DNA from: Paraspadella gotoi
Taxonomy: Eukaryota > Animalia > Chaetognatha
Reading direction: 5' to 3'
DNA length: 64,000 nt
Assembly (NCBI GenBank): GCA_051294375.1
Contig: CM119266.1
Location: 22,668,638-22,732,637 of the forward strand
The translations under genes were made by a program, and so were the position numbers. Within the stretch, counting starts at the first letter, position 1. Each line of letters begins with the position of its first letter. The notes under the pieces were generated by a model, which saw only the letters and a program-made list of their open reading frames with translations, was not told the origin of the DNA and ran no database searches. This document shows, in pieces, positions 1 to 18,304 of the stretch.

Positions 1-700
1 AGAGAGAGAGAAAATGAATAATCAGGTTTCATGATATAGAATCAGCCAATTCATATCCGTCCTTTATCCGCTGCAAAAGGGCAGAAACATATTGCAAGAT
101 ATAAATTTTTTTTAGCTAAGATTANNNNNNNNNNNNNNNNNNNNNNNNNNNNNNNNNNNNNNNNNNNNNNNNNNNNNNNNNNNNNNNNNNNNNNNNNNNN
201 NNNNNNNNNNNNNNNNNNNNNNNNNNNNNNNNNNNNNNNNNNNNNNNNNNNNNNNNNNNNNNNNNNNNNNNNNNNNNNNNNNNNNNNNNNNNNNNNNNNN
301 NNNNNNNNNNNNNNNNNNNNNNNNNNNNNNNNNNNNNNNNNNNNNNNNNNNNNNNNNNNNNNNNNNNNNNNNNNNNNNNNNNNNNNNNNNNNNNNNNNNN
401 NNNNNNNNNNNNNNNNNNNNNNNNNNNNNNNNAAAAAGGGAAGGGTGCAAAAAAGGAGAGAAGATAAGGATTAAGGAAAAAGGGTGAAAAAAGGAAAGAA
501 GGGGAAAGGATGTGGACATGAATTATTCATCGTCTTCAAGGTCGGGTCGGGACACAGATAAGGAAAGCTGGGAAAAAAGCGAGACAGAGAGGAAGAGAAG
601 TCGAGAGAGAGAGAGAAAGAGGGAAAGATATTTTTTCCCCCCAAGTTTTACTCACCATAAGAAACTTGATTGGTGGTGCGGAAAAGACATGTATCTCTCC
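1..700 (+). repeat. Direct duplicate of ~1650-2305 across N gaps
   Basis: 1-124 matches ~1650-1772 and 433-700 matches ~2040-2305. Confidence 0.88.
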
Positions 701-1438
701 NNNNNNNNNNTGATTATGCAGATGCTCAGCGAAGGGCAGATGCCCGAGTGTAGGGGGGGCGGGTTGGTTTCCGCTTCACGGTCGATCGGATCGCGGCTTC
801 GAAATGTCACGTTGACCGAGGATGAAGAATGTTCACTGAACAAAGTGAACATTGTTCAGGCAAGAGTTTTAAACGTCAATATTCACTAAAGTTAGTTCGT
901 TGTCAGAGAGAAGAACATTAAATTACTTAAAAATTTTCAACAAAATATTTTAGCGAACAAGGCAAACGCATTCTTATCGAGTTACGATATTTCAAGGAAT
1001 GGCTTTTTCTTTTATAAACTTCTTTACGATCAAATCAAATGTTATATGGCAAACAAATGTGGACTCTATGGAATTTTCCACAATGCAATGCGACAAGCCA
1101 TATTTTTTGGGGGTAATTTTGTAATTTCTTAATCCTGCGGTTTTTTCAATTTGATCCGTTAATTAAACACGAATCCTTGTGGTTCGAGTTTGAGGGTCCT
1201 CGGGATCCGGGCACAGGTAGAAATAATTGCTCTCTCTCTCTCTCTCTTATTTTCTTTCTTCTTTCTTCTTTCTTTCTTTCTTTTCTTTCTTTCTTCTTTC
1301 TTTCTTTCTTTTTTTTCTTTCTTTCTTTCTTATTTTCTTTCTATTTTTTTTTTCTTTCTTCTCCTTTTTTTTTTCCTTCCTTTTTTTCTGTCAGGACGTA
1401 GACGTTCGTTTCATGTCAGACAGAAGCAATATGGGAGA

Positions 1439-1530
<92 letters not shown>

Positions 1531-2296
1531 CCCGGAGCCGCAATCGACACGCCATCTTTAAGCAAAGGAAAAGGGGAAAAACGATAAAAATAAAAAAAGT
1601 ATGAGAAAAACGTAAGAATTCCGCAAAAGAATTGAAAGGAGAGAGTTAGAAGAGAGAGAGAGAAATGGAATATCAGGTTTCTGATATAGAATTCAGCCAA
1701 TTCATATCCGTCCTTTATCCGCTGCAAAAGGGAAACATATTGCAAGATATAATTTTTTTAGCTAAGTATTACTTCTACTGTGAAATATCGTGTTATTTTT
1801 TGTTTTCCTGGCGAAGTAAAACAATAAGCGGCAGGGCGAAATTCTTAAACTGACGATAGTTTTAGCAAGGAGAACGAAAGAAGAGGAGAGGAAGAGAGAG
1901 AGAGAGGAGGGAGAGAGAGGAGAAGAGAGAGAAGAGGAGAGAGAGAGAGAGAGAGAAGAGAAGAGAGAGAGATACATAAAACAGAAGAGGAAAGAAATTG
2001 AAAGCAGACTGAAAGAAACGAGAAAAATGGGAGACGGGGGGAAAAAAGGGAGGGTGCAAAAAAGGAGAGAAGATAAGGATTAAGAGAAAAGGTGAAAAAA
2101 GGAAAGAAGGGAAAGGATGTGACATGAAATTATTCATCGTCTTCAGGTCGGGTCGGACACAGATAAGGAAGCTGGGAAAAAAAGCGAGACAGAGAGGAGA
2201 GAAGTCGGAGAGAGAGAGAGAAAGAGGGAAAAGATATTTTTTCCCCCCAAGTTTTACTCACCATAAGAAACTTGATTGGTGGTGCGGAAAGACATG

Positions 2297-2362
<66 letters not shown>

Positions 2363-2937
2363 CTTTATTTTACTTCCTTCCTCCCTTTTTTTCTAAATGA
2401 AGTTTCCCTCATTTTTTTTCTTTCCTCAACCCGAGAGTTCATTTCCATTGTTGTCTAAGCAAAATTCATGTGGTCAAAGATAGGAGTCAAGACCTCCACG
2501 GGTTGTGGGGAGCGGAGCGGTTGTGTGGCGGGTGGTGGGCGTGGAGAGAGAGAAAGAGAGAGAGACGGGGGGGACCGGGGGTAGCAGCGAACGGAAGTGG
2601 TCGGCGTCGGGTCCCTCGGCAGTGACAAACGTAATGGCCGCGCCATCAACGGGCGATCAACCCCTCATATTTCTTTCGCGGAAGGGCGGAGGAAAGGGGG
2701 GGAGAAACGAGAAAGGAAAGGAAAGGGGAGGAAGGAAAAGGAAAGGAAAGGAAAGGGGAGGAAGGAGAGGAAAAGAAAAGAAAGGGGAGGAAGGAACGAG
2801 AAAGAAAGGAAAGGGGAGGAAGGAAAAAAAGGAAAGGAAATGGAAGGAAGGAGAGGAAAGGAAAGAGTACGCATTAGTTTATTATGAGGGGAAGAACGAA
2901 GAGAGAGAAAGGGCTCTAAATTAAGATACATGGCGCA

Positions 2938-3038
<101 letters not shown>

Positions 3039-3369
3039 TTGTATTTGTTGCTAATTCATCGTTCTTTTAAATATATTTTCCTTCCTTATACTATTTCACT
3101 AACAGTTGTTCCCAACAGTTAGCATCAGTTAAAAAAAAACTGAGCTCTAAGATTCGATCCCGTTTTTATGCTTCTCCAAATGAAAAAATGAAAAAAAAGA
3201 AGAATAGAAATTTGGTTAAAAGGTTAAACCCCTAAAACAATCTGGACTCGAATCGAGACTCAACATTCGATTCATCATCATTAAATTTCGTCCCTTTTTT
3301 TTCTCTCTCTCTTCCGTCGGAGATCGAGAGACGACGATTCATAAATTTTCAGATTTTATCGTGAATGTA

Positions 3370-3600
3370 TATGAAATTGACACAACCAATATAAAAATTA
3401 TCCATTCATTTAATAAATAAGCTAACTTGCCCCTGACTGGAAAGGCTTTGGTGGTTTAAGGCCTCCATCACTCTTACAAGATAATGACATAGCAGGTCCC
3501 TGCATGCTTTCAATCAAGACTCTCTCACAATTTTGTTTATTTACTCCCAGAGTACCTGGCTTCCCTATCAATGAAGTAGTATAATATTTCAAAGAATGTT
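3370..3600. repeat. Dispersed repeat family, longest copy
   Basis: TATGAAATTG..ACAACCAATATAAAAATTATCCATT...GGCTTTGGTGGTTTAAGGCCTCCATCACTCTTACAAG... recurs at 3697-3760 and 27657-27851, and inverted at ~22640-22830 and ~40095-40131. Confidence 0.85.
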
Positions 3601-4317
3601 TCAATTGTATGAAAAGACCACTTCCTTAAGTATTAGATCGGGGAATACTATTTACTATGTACTCCGCCCAGCATCAAAATACAAGGAGCTGAATTTTATG
3701 AAATTGGTCAACCAATATAAAAATTATCCATTAATTTAATAAATAAGCTATCTTGCCCCTACGATTTTGAATTATGTATTAGATTGAACTTTCAATAAAG
3801 CTTGAAATGTAAATTAGAAAATATGTTTTTACCCTCATTCGCTAGGTCGAGGATTAGTGATTATAGATTAGATAAGACATACGTTAAAAAACCATTAAAC
3901 GCGCATTGCAACATCACGTTCAGCCTATCATATATTCTCTTCTCTTTTTCATTTTTTCTCATCCCCCCCCCATTATAACAACCAAACCCCCCCCCCACAA
4001 CTTCACTTCCCCCCCCCCCCAAAAAAAAAAGTCTAGCCGGATTACGCGGATTTTTCGATCGGCGATCGATTCGGTCAAATTTTTTTGACGGGAACCACGA
4101 CGACGTGACGAACTAAGTGACGTCCGGACGTCGCCGTGTCCGACGTGTCCGACGTGTCCGACGTGTCACGGGACCAAGCGGAAGTGCTACGTCGAGGACG
4201 ACGACGATCTCCGCCCGTTACGAGTCGAAGGGCTTAAACTCGTAGCGTCGCCCATTAACTGTCCATCGCATGCATGTCATGCTCGCATTCACGGTTAAGA
4301 GCGTTGGGGTTAGAGAG

Positions 4318-4360
<43 letters not shown>

Positions 4361-6246
4361 TCGTCATAGGCGTCGTTCCTAACTGTCTCGTCGCCATTGT
4401 TCGCAATTTGACCACAGGAAGTCGACGTTGTTCCAAAGTTTGTTGGGTCAGAGACGACGCGGGAGAGGGGACGACGACGTCGACGACGACGACGACGACG
4501 ATGACGAAGTTTGCACGGACAGATTTTTAAGTGAAGGTTTCTTATGAATCTAAGACTAAGAAGTTTTAAAATTATTTATTACCTACGTATATGTATATTG
4601 GTTTCGTTGTATCGAATATCGTCCAACTCATTACTGAGATTTATACTCGTGACGTCTTTGCCTCTCGACTCTCGAGGTCTGACAGTCTTCAGACCTTTCG
4701 ATCTTCGTGCCGTCCACTCAAGCTAAAAATAGTAACATTTCTCTCGTCGTAACCGCCTCGTCCGTTAATTCTCCTACCTTTTTTTTTCATAAACTTCTTC
4801 CTATCTATAGTATATCTATAGTATCGTATAGTGTTAATTTAAATTTTTTAACGTTGGTACAACCAATTTTCGATTCTAAAACTTTCAATAGAATAACTAA
4901 AAGATGTTAATATTAATGCCACATATTTAATAATTATGCATCCTCACCTTTTTTCCTCCAAGAATATTTCGTTCATTTTCTATTTCTCAAAACTTTTTTC
5001 TCTCATCTATTTCTTTTCCCTTCTTTTCTTCATTTCCGACTTTTCTCAATTTTTTACTCTCTCTCCTCCTTCTCTTTCTATCGTATCCCTCTCCCCTTTT
5101 TCCCCTCTGTATAAAAAGTCTGCTTGGGTTCTTCTTCTTCTTCTTCATTTGAATTTCTAATCATTTGATCTCCGAAAAGTCGGAGAATCTTTCGAGAATT
5201 TCGTTACGGGTTAAGACGCGAGCATGAATACAGTATCGAAAGAGAGAGAGCGCCTGAATGCGCGAAAGCCTGAATACAGCATCGACAGTGAACGCCCTGA
5301 TGTATACTGAAAGCGGGGAGAGATGGGCTTCTTCTTGACAACCGCATGGGCGGGTTTAGAGATGAAGTCGATTATGAAGCTGAAGTAATCGTTGATATTG
5401 CCGAATTTAGGATATATTGGTTACTTATGTTCACGATTCATTTTAAAGAATAGGATCTGAAAAATACTGTACTCAGCATATACGATTTACTTGCGACTTA
5501 AAATATAAATAAATAATAATCATCCTCTTAAAGAGCTGAAATCCATGAAGGGTATAGGATCCCAACTGATGACCTTCCCGTTGTATAAACATAAAAGATA
5601 AAAAATATTCAAAAAAGAAATAATTAAAAAGGATGGTAAGGAAAAAATGTAATTTTCATTAAAGTATTTTAAAATTATATTTATGACTTAAAAGTACCCC
5701 TATAGACTTTTCCCCAGGATGTATCCCTATCAGAACATACAATTCTACATGGTAGTCTTATCCCTATTGGTAAAAAAAATCATAACTTTGGTCCCCCGTC
5801 AAAATTATCCATTCCCACCCCTTTCTGTTCAGCCTCTTATATATTATGATTTTTCATTAATGACTTTCTAACAGAAATGATGTGTGATATCTATTAGAAA
5901 ACAAGGACAGATTGTTATCTAACCTTGTATTGTATAGATGCTCCCTCTATTTCCAGAAGACAACACTGACTTCCCATTCCCAAATTGAATTATTAGATAA
6001 ATAAAACATTTTTAAGTAAGAAAGCAATATATATTTGATTAAATAGTACAAATTAATATATTTATATGCAGCCGCTATTTTATTACTGTCCTTTAAAAGG
6101 ATTTCATAATTCTTTTCTGAATTATAAATTATGATTTCGGGTCAATTTTTTTTTGCATCGTTGAGGAACAGAGAAACCGTCGTCATTGTCATCATTATCT
6201 TCATCATCCGCGACTCTAGATTTTTAGTCGTACTTGTCCTCTTTAT

Positions 6247-11795
<5,549 letters not shown>

Positions 11796-12114
11796 GCCTT
11801 AATCTCGCCGAACGAATTAAGAAGCCTTTCGCTCTCCGCAGAAAGGGATGCCGCAATTGTACCGCAACGGCATTGTAGCAAAGGTGAGCTACAACCACAA
11901 GAGATCAGAAACAACAACAGCAAAACAGTTTCATTTTTTAATTAACTTTGTCCCCGATGAAAATTCGGTGACCGTCTCTCTCTCTGTCTCTCTCTTCTCC
12001 TACTTTCTCTTTTCATTTCTCTTTGAAGCCACCAGGAACGCCTTCCCACCCTAATAGCCACCCCATCACCATATCGAAGTCGCTGCGAGATCCTTGGCCG
12101 CGACACCCTAGAAT

Positions 12115-12190
<76 letters not shown>

Positions 12191-12906
12191 CTTTGATTAG
12201 GAGCTCGAGCTTTAGTTTAATCAGCGAATGACTCGTTCCTTGGACCATGAAAACTGAGTGGGTCCGGTTCGATGGAACACACAGGCTGGGGCTTGGAAGA
12301 GAGTATAGGTTGGGGCTGGGGAGAAAGGATGGGGTGGGAGTAAGATGTGAGGATCAGTGATTGTTGGAGTGGATTCAATTGGAAAAGAGTGCACGGCTAA
12401 AGCGTAGAAACAGAGAGAAGTCGGTTGAAAGACGCTTTAAAATATATGCACGATATTCACTAAAGAATAAAGTTGGAGCGAACATTTATAGTTTAATTTT
12501 GGTGATTCCATATGCCTGGTCTTTTAAGAAGGTGTTCACTGTTTAGATATTCTGCGATTTAAAAGTCATTCGACTTAGTTCTGTTTTTTTCCGTTATGAG
12601 AACGTTTATATGTTATATTATTTGAAAAGTCAAATGTAATCGTTCTTGATATTTGCACGAAAAAATTAAAAACCAAGCCAATATTAACTGGGAATCATTT
12701 TCATTTATATATCTGATAATTCACCCATTTTTTTTTATAGAATAATGAAACATTGCGTCGCAAATAAAAAAAAAGATTTCATTAAAAAAAAGGGGGGGAA
12801 AATGAAAAGTTTTTCGTTCGCTCTCTTGAATTCCTTTGAGAACCCTTCTTCCATCGCCTGTCAAAGTGCATTCACAGCGCGACAAAAATCCCCCAGAGGA
12901 CGCCAA

Positions 12907-12942
<36 letters not shown>

Positions 12943-13378
12943 TTTTCCTCCCTATTTTTCTCCCTCTTTTTCCTCTGATATATATTTTTTTCCTATTCCC
13001 TCGCTTCGACTCTTTGTTCCACAATAAATCGAGAGGAGCGACGAAAAAAAACGGAAAAGAGAGAAAAAAAAATGGAAAGTGAAACTCTGTCATTCTAACG
13101 CCGTTCGCCTTTTTGTTTTTCCGGTTTTGTTTCCATCTTCTACAGAGATTTAATTTAAAAATTTTATATATATCTCATTAGGGTTAATTTGAAATATTTC
13201 AAAAATTCCCGCTGCTATGTAAGCGAATGTTTTCTGTCATCTAAAACCAAACCGATGATCTGATGTCAGTCACCTAATCGGGTCTCATTTTGACTTTGGA
13301 CCAAAAAATAAACGCAAAGTCTAACCCTAGCTAGATTCGAACGGAAACTGATTGGAAGTCAGAGATTGAAGAAGAGAG

Positions 13379-13421
<43 letters not shown>

Positions 13422-13981
13422 CAAGGTGAGGTTGGGTAAAGAAAGTCATTTTTTTCTCGTTTTTCTTTTTCCTGACCCGAAATCTTGACCCAAATCTCTG
13501 ATTCTTCGAGCTCCGAAATTTTCGGTCGATCGACGAAGCCGACAGAGGCTTTTTAGGCTTCCCGACCGACAAACGGACCGACGACCGACCGACGGAATCG
13601 GTGAACCGTTCGCTCGCGCAAAGTCTTGAGCAATCTTGCGAACTGTTCCGTCTTTGTGCATTAGAGGGGAAATTTCCTCAAGCTTTATATCCGTGAGCGA
13701 ATTTAACGCTAGCGTTACTCTTTAGGTTAGCTCATTTTGAAGTTTATTTGGTTGATTTTTTTTTTCCCTAAAGTCTTTTAAAATTATTTTTTAGCGAATT
13801 TCCTTTCTTTTCGTTGTGTTTGGATTAGTAGAAAATAAGTGAAGTTTATTTGCACAACGATTTTATTAGTACATAAGGACGTACATGTTTCGGCTTTAGT
13901 TACAAGCCTTCTTTCAGCGTCATAGAGAAAACTTGTTTTTGTGAACTTTTACAAATGTTTGTGCAAAGGAAAAAGAGAGAG

Positions 13982-14014
<33 letters not shown>

Positions 14015-15763
14015 GGAGACAGGGCAAAGTTTTCCAACACAGAGTTGAGAAAAGAATAGTGGTCAGATGTGAAGGACAGGTCAAGGTGAAGACAGATTGA
14101 GTTAGACTGTGAAAGAAATAAAATGGAGAAAAATTTTGAGAGAGAGGGAAGAGAGACAGAGAGAAAAGAGAGAGAGAGAAAAAAGGAACATTAGTAACAA
14201 TACATGTGCATGTACAACAAGATAAATGATTTTAAACTAACAGTTGAAATAAATATTTTTTAAACATTAAACTACTTAATAAATAATTGAGTATAAAAAC
14301 AGTGAAATTGAAATGTGAAGGAAAGAGAGAATTAAGTTTAGAAGATATTAATGTGGAAGTGAAATTTAAGAATTTAAGAAAGAGCTTCAGGCCGCGAGCT
14401 GAGCTGTCAAAAGAGCCTTGGCGATCAATGGTTACCCATTGTGGCCTTCGAGAAGCCAGGTACCGGCCGTATCTGGTTGAGGGCAGTGGCCACCAAGGGG
14501 CTGCCCAAGTAACCGCTAAGCGTTGATTCTACCTCAACCCCCAGGAGGAAGAAAGGGTTCTTGCTGCTTGAAGAGCCTACCGCGCCCACCACAGGCGCAA
14601 CTGGAAGATAGCAGAAGCGCCCTAAAGAACGTGGTCACTTGTCCCTCCCTACCACCAGGGGATCACTGAGTCATTGGTGCGCGGGTGCTGGCAAAGCAGG
14701 GGATCTCCACCTCAGTGACGACCCGCGGTTCTCTACGAGAGCAATTGTGTGAAACGAAGATAAAATCCCCAGACCGAAAACATCAGGAGCCGTCTATTGG
14801 GGCGGCCTGTGCAGGGGCGGGCAACCAAGCCTGTGCAGCAGCATACGTGGGCGAGAACAGGCAAGTCTCTAACAGACCGCTTTCAGCAGCACACAAAACC
14901 TTATCGCGATGCCGAGAGGACATTACCTATCTGCGGTAGCTGAACATACAGTAAATACTGGCCATCTATTTAGAGAGTCAGACTGTCTCGTGCTGTCCCA
15001 TGACCCAAACTGGTCTCAGAGGTATAGAGAGGCGATCTATATCAAAAGCCCTCGAGCCCTCTTTGAATCGGTGATGGAGGACAATTCGATCTCCCTCCAA
15101 GCTATGATACGCTATCCAAAACGTGTGGAGGCCCCGCCACCACCACGTCCGCACAATGACTCCCCCGTTTCTACTCAACGAAACAAGGGAAGACCTTTGC
15201 GCAGGCAATGGGCAAACGAGTGCCCTCCTTCAACTGCAGCAACTCACTCCCTCTCTCTGTGGAGTAGCGCCCACCAAAAAGGCGGCTGCTTGGAGGAAGG
15301 AGAGGAGTCCACAACTCATGTCGCAAAAGCGGCAAGAAACGGACACCACCCATCTCGCCAGCAGACGAGAAGAGGGCAGTCGACAGGCGTACCAGGCCAG
15401 AGAGACATCAGGTAGCCTTTGGACTCTTCCCGCAAGGAAGCCTACCCAGTCCAATCACATACACTCAATCGATATGACCTCTCAGCCATTGACGCGCCAT
15501 GACTCGACCAACATCGTCACTACCTCTCATTTGCTTCAACCAAAGGGGCCAGCTCATTTGAGCTCTTTCTTAATTCTTAAATTTCACTTTCCACATTAAT
15601 ATCTCTAAACTTAATTCTTCTTTCTTTCACATTTCAATTCACTGTTTTTATACTCAATTATTTATTAAGTAGTTTAAATGTTAAAAATATTTATTTCACT
15701 GTTAGTTTAAATCATTTATCTTTGTTGTACATTGCACAATGTATTGTTACTAATTTCTTTTTT

Positions 15764-15797
<34 letters not shown>

Positions 15798-15922
15798 CCT
15801 CTCTCTCAAAATTTTTCACCATTTAATTTCTATTCACAGTCTAACTCAATCTGTCTTCACCTTGACCTGTCCTCACATCTGACCACTATTCTTTTCTCAA
15901 CTCTGTGTTGGAAACTTTTGCC

Positions 15923-15965
<43 letters not shown>

Positions 15966-17340
15966 TTTCCTTTGCATAAACAATTTGTAAAAGTTCACAA
16001 AACAATTTTTCTCTATGACGCTGAAGAAAGGCTTGTAAACTAAAGCCGAAACATGTACGTCCTTATGTACTAATAAAATCGTTGTTGCAAATAAACTCAA
16101 ACTTATTTCTACTAATTATTTTTCTTTAAATTTACGCTTTTATTTTGACACACATGATATAAATACAATTGTGCTAGGTCTATTTAACTTTTAACTATGC
16201 AATAAAATATCCTAATTTAGATTTCCTCCATAAATTTTTAATTGTCAGAACGTTTTTCTCTTTTTTTTTACATATTTTTGACACGCTAAACATTTCTCTG
16301 ATTACGCAAACATTTATTATTTCCATTACGAAAAAAAAAAAAAACAAAAAAATTTTCGAGCTTTCACCGGTTAAATCCGAAATTAATTCAAAACAAAGTT
16401 TAGCTCGTCGGATCAAACGGCCGGAAATATCCAAAACGGAGGGGAATTACGAAGGTGACCGCTGAGGAAGAAGTTCAGAAGCGGGGGGAAAACTTGAAAA
16501 GTAGAAGAAACTTAAAGTGGTAGGTAACAGGATCCGGAAGGGGGAAAGAAAAAAAAGAAAAAAAAAAAAAAGGGGAAAAAAAAAAGGGAAAAGGAAAAAC
16601 GAAAAAAAGAGAAAATGAGAAAAAAAAAAAAGCAGTGAGAAAATAAAAGAAAAAAAATAAAAAAAGGGAAAATTTAAAGGAAAAATTCGAAAGAAGAGGC
16701 CATTGTATTTGATCTTTTTTAACTTTTCCAAAAAATTATGCTCATTTTTTGGGGAAATAAAATATAATATTATATAATATGTAATATATCAATGTCATTG
16801 ATTATAATATTATTGCATGGAAATTTAAACCAGACCGAAGACGAAGCAACTCCAGGCAGTACTACACGGTATTACCAAATTTCCATCCACAAGGCCGCGT
16901 CACTCGTTCACCGACTTTGCCATCCAAACTGTTGAGATGAAATATCTTTGACTCAACTTCAATCGGAAAAAACCGAAAGGCGATTCGGTGAGGGCGTTGA
17001 CTTTCCGGCGCCGAGAGAAGACTATTCGGTCATCGAATTAGAAATGGCGGAAGAAATGGAAAAAAAAAAGCCATCGAAATCGTTTGTTTATCCCTCGATG
17101 AGCTCCTTGTCTCTTTCCGATTCTATTAAGGTTTAAGCCTTCATTTCACTCATATTCTATTTTATACGTCGCGTCAGTGGCGATTTACCAATCATTGTAA
17201 GCGCAATTATTTAGAAGTCAATATTTACGCTTTCGAATTATAAATAATGCGTCGATGCCCTTAGCCGATCCCAATGTTGTCGTCGACGAAAACTACGAGA
17301 TCTCCTACGCCTTACCTCCATTAATGTCTTTTGTTAGGAA
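11796..17340 (+). CDS. Possible exons of an unidentified plus-strand gene that hosts the PLE in an intron
   Basis: GC-richer blocks bounded by AG/GT sites: ~11796-11883 (LISPNELRSLSLSAERDAAIVPQRHCSK|GTGAG), ~12029- (PPGTPSHPNSHPITISK), ~13480-13725, ~16360-16520 and ~16834-17130 (ORF 16948-17136; GTAAGT donor in the duplicate). Frameshifts prevent a full model. Confidence 0.35.
13878..13921 (-). ncRNA. Minimal type I hammerhead ribozyme, inverted pseudo-LTR copy
   Basis: The reverse complement reads GACG-CTGAAAGAA-GGC-TTGTAACTAAA-GCC-GAAA-CATGTA-CGTC. It has one extra A in the core relative to CUGANGA, likely a homopolymer error. Confidence 0.8.
14393..15130 (+). pseudogene. PLE ORF remnant: RT C-terminal/linker region plus GIY-YIG endonuclease (frameshifted)
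   Basis: Pieces in ORFs 14685-14939 and 14909-15415: NGYP, LPY, YVGE, AVAEH..NTGH, REAIYIK, matching the Penelope/Poseidon GIY-YIG layout. The RT core (YADD-type motif) is not present. Confidence 0.85.
16017..16061 (+). ncRNA. Minimal type I hammerhead ribozyme in PLE pseudo-LTR
   Basis: GACG-CTGAAGA(AA)-GGC-loop-GCC-GAAA-CATGTA-CGTC: stem I GACG/CGTC, CUGANGA core, stem II GGC/GCC, GAAA, palindromic stem III ACATGT, predicted GUA cleavage site. AATAAA follows at ~16072. Confidence 0.85.
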
Positions 17341-17569
17341 AATTGTTAGTTAATGCTTTGAATTATCCTAACGTATTCTTTTAGATTGTTCTTTGTTTTC
17401 TTCGTCTTCCTTTCGCACCTCGTCATACCTCCTCTTCCGTCGTCTCCCTCACATCGATGCCCCCATGACCTGGAAAACGGAAAGACATGCCCGCCGCCAC
17501 GCAACACGCGATATGCAAACAGGAATCTTTTTCGACTCCCAAAANNNNNNNNNNNNNNNNNNNNNNNNN

Positions 17570-18260
17570 GTTTAATCAGCGAATGACTCGTTCCTTGGAC
17601 CATGAAAACTGAGTTGGTGCCGGTCGATGGAACACACAGGCTGGGGCTTGGAAGAGAGTATAGGTTGGGGCTGGGGAGAAAGGATGGGGTGGGAGTAGAT
17701 GTGAGGATCACGTGATTGTTGGAGTGGATTCAATAGAAAAGAGTTCACGGCTAAAGCGTAGAAACTAGAGAGAAGTCGGTTGAAAGACGCTTTAAAATAT
17801 ATGCACGATATTCACTAAAGAATAAAGTGGAGCGAACATTTATAGTTTATTTTGGTGATTCCATATGCCTTGGTCTTTTTAAGAAGGTGTTCACTGTTTA
17901 GATATTCTGCGATTTAAAAGTCATCGACTTAGTTCTGTTTTTATTCCGTTATGAGAATGTTTATATGTTATTATTTTGAAAAGTCAAATGTAATCGTTCT
18001 TGATATTTGCACGAAAAAAATTAAAACCAAGCCAATATTAACTGGGAATCATTTTCATTTATATATCTGATAATTCACCCATTTTTTTGTAGAATAATGA
18101 AAACATTGCGTCGCAAATAAAAAAAAAGGATTTCATTAAAAAAAAGGGGAAAATGAAAAGTGTTTCGTTCGCTCTCTTGAATTCCTTTGGGAGAACCCGT
18201 TCTTCCATCGCCTGTCAAAGTTGCATTTCACAGCGCGACAAAAATCCCCCAGAGGACGCC

Positions 18261-18304
<44 letters not shown>

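Larger units (their letters stand above)
13793..16113 (+). mobile_element. Penelope-like retroelement (PLE), 5'-truncated, with inverted pseudo-LTRs and tail
   Basis: ~13825-14392 is the reverse complement of ~15558-16116. The interior encodes, with frameshifts, PLE C-terminal motifs: (EL)..VKRALAINGYP, LPYHQGITESLVR-VLAKQGI, GAVY..AC...C.AAYVGE (GIY-YIG), SAVAEHTVNTGH, YREAIYIK..LNR. It is flanked by AATTATTTT(T) at 13782 and 16114, and the duplicate locus at 19121-19137 shows the empty site. Confidence 0.9.

Noticed and set aside
1178-1220. GGTTCGAGT B-box-like motif suggesting a tRNA or SINE
   Set aside because: No cloverleaf or A-box could be built.
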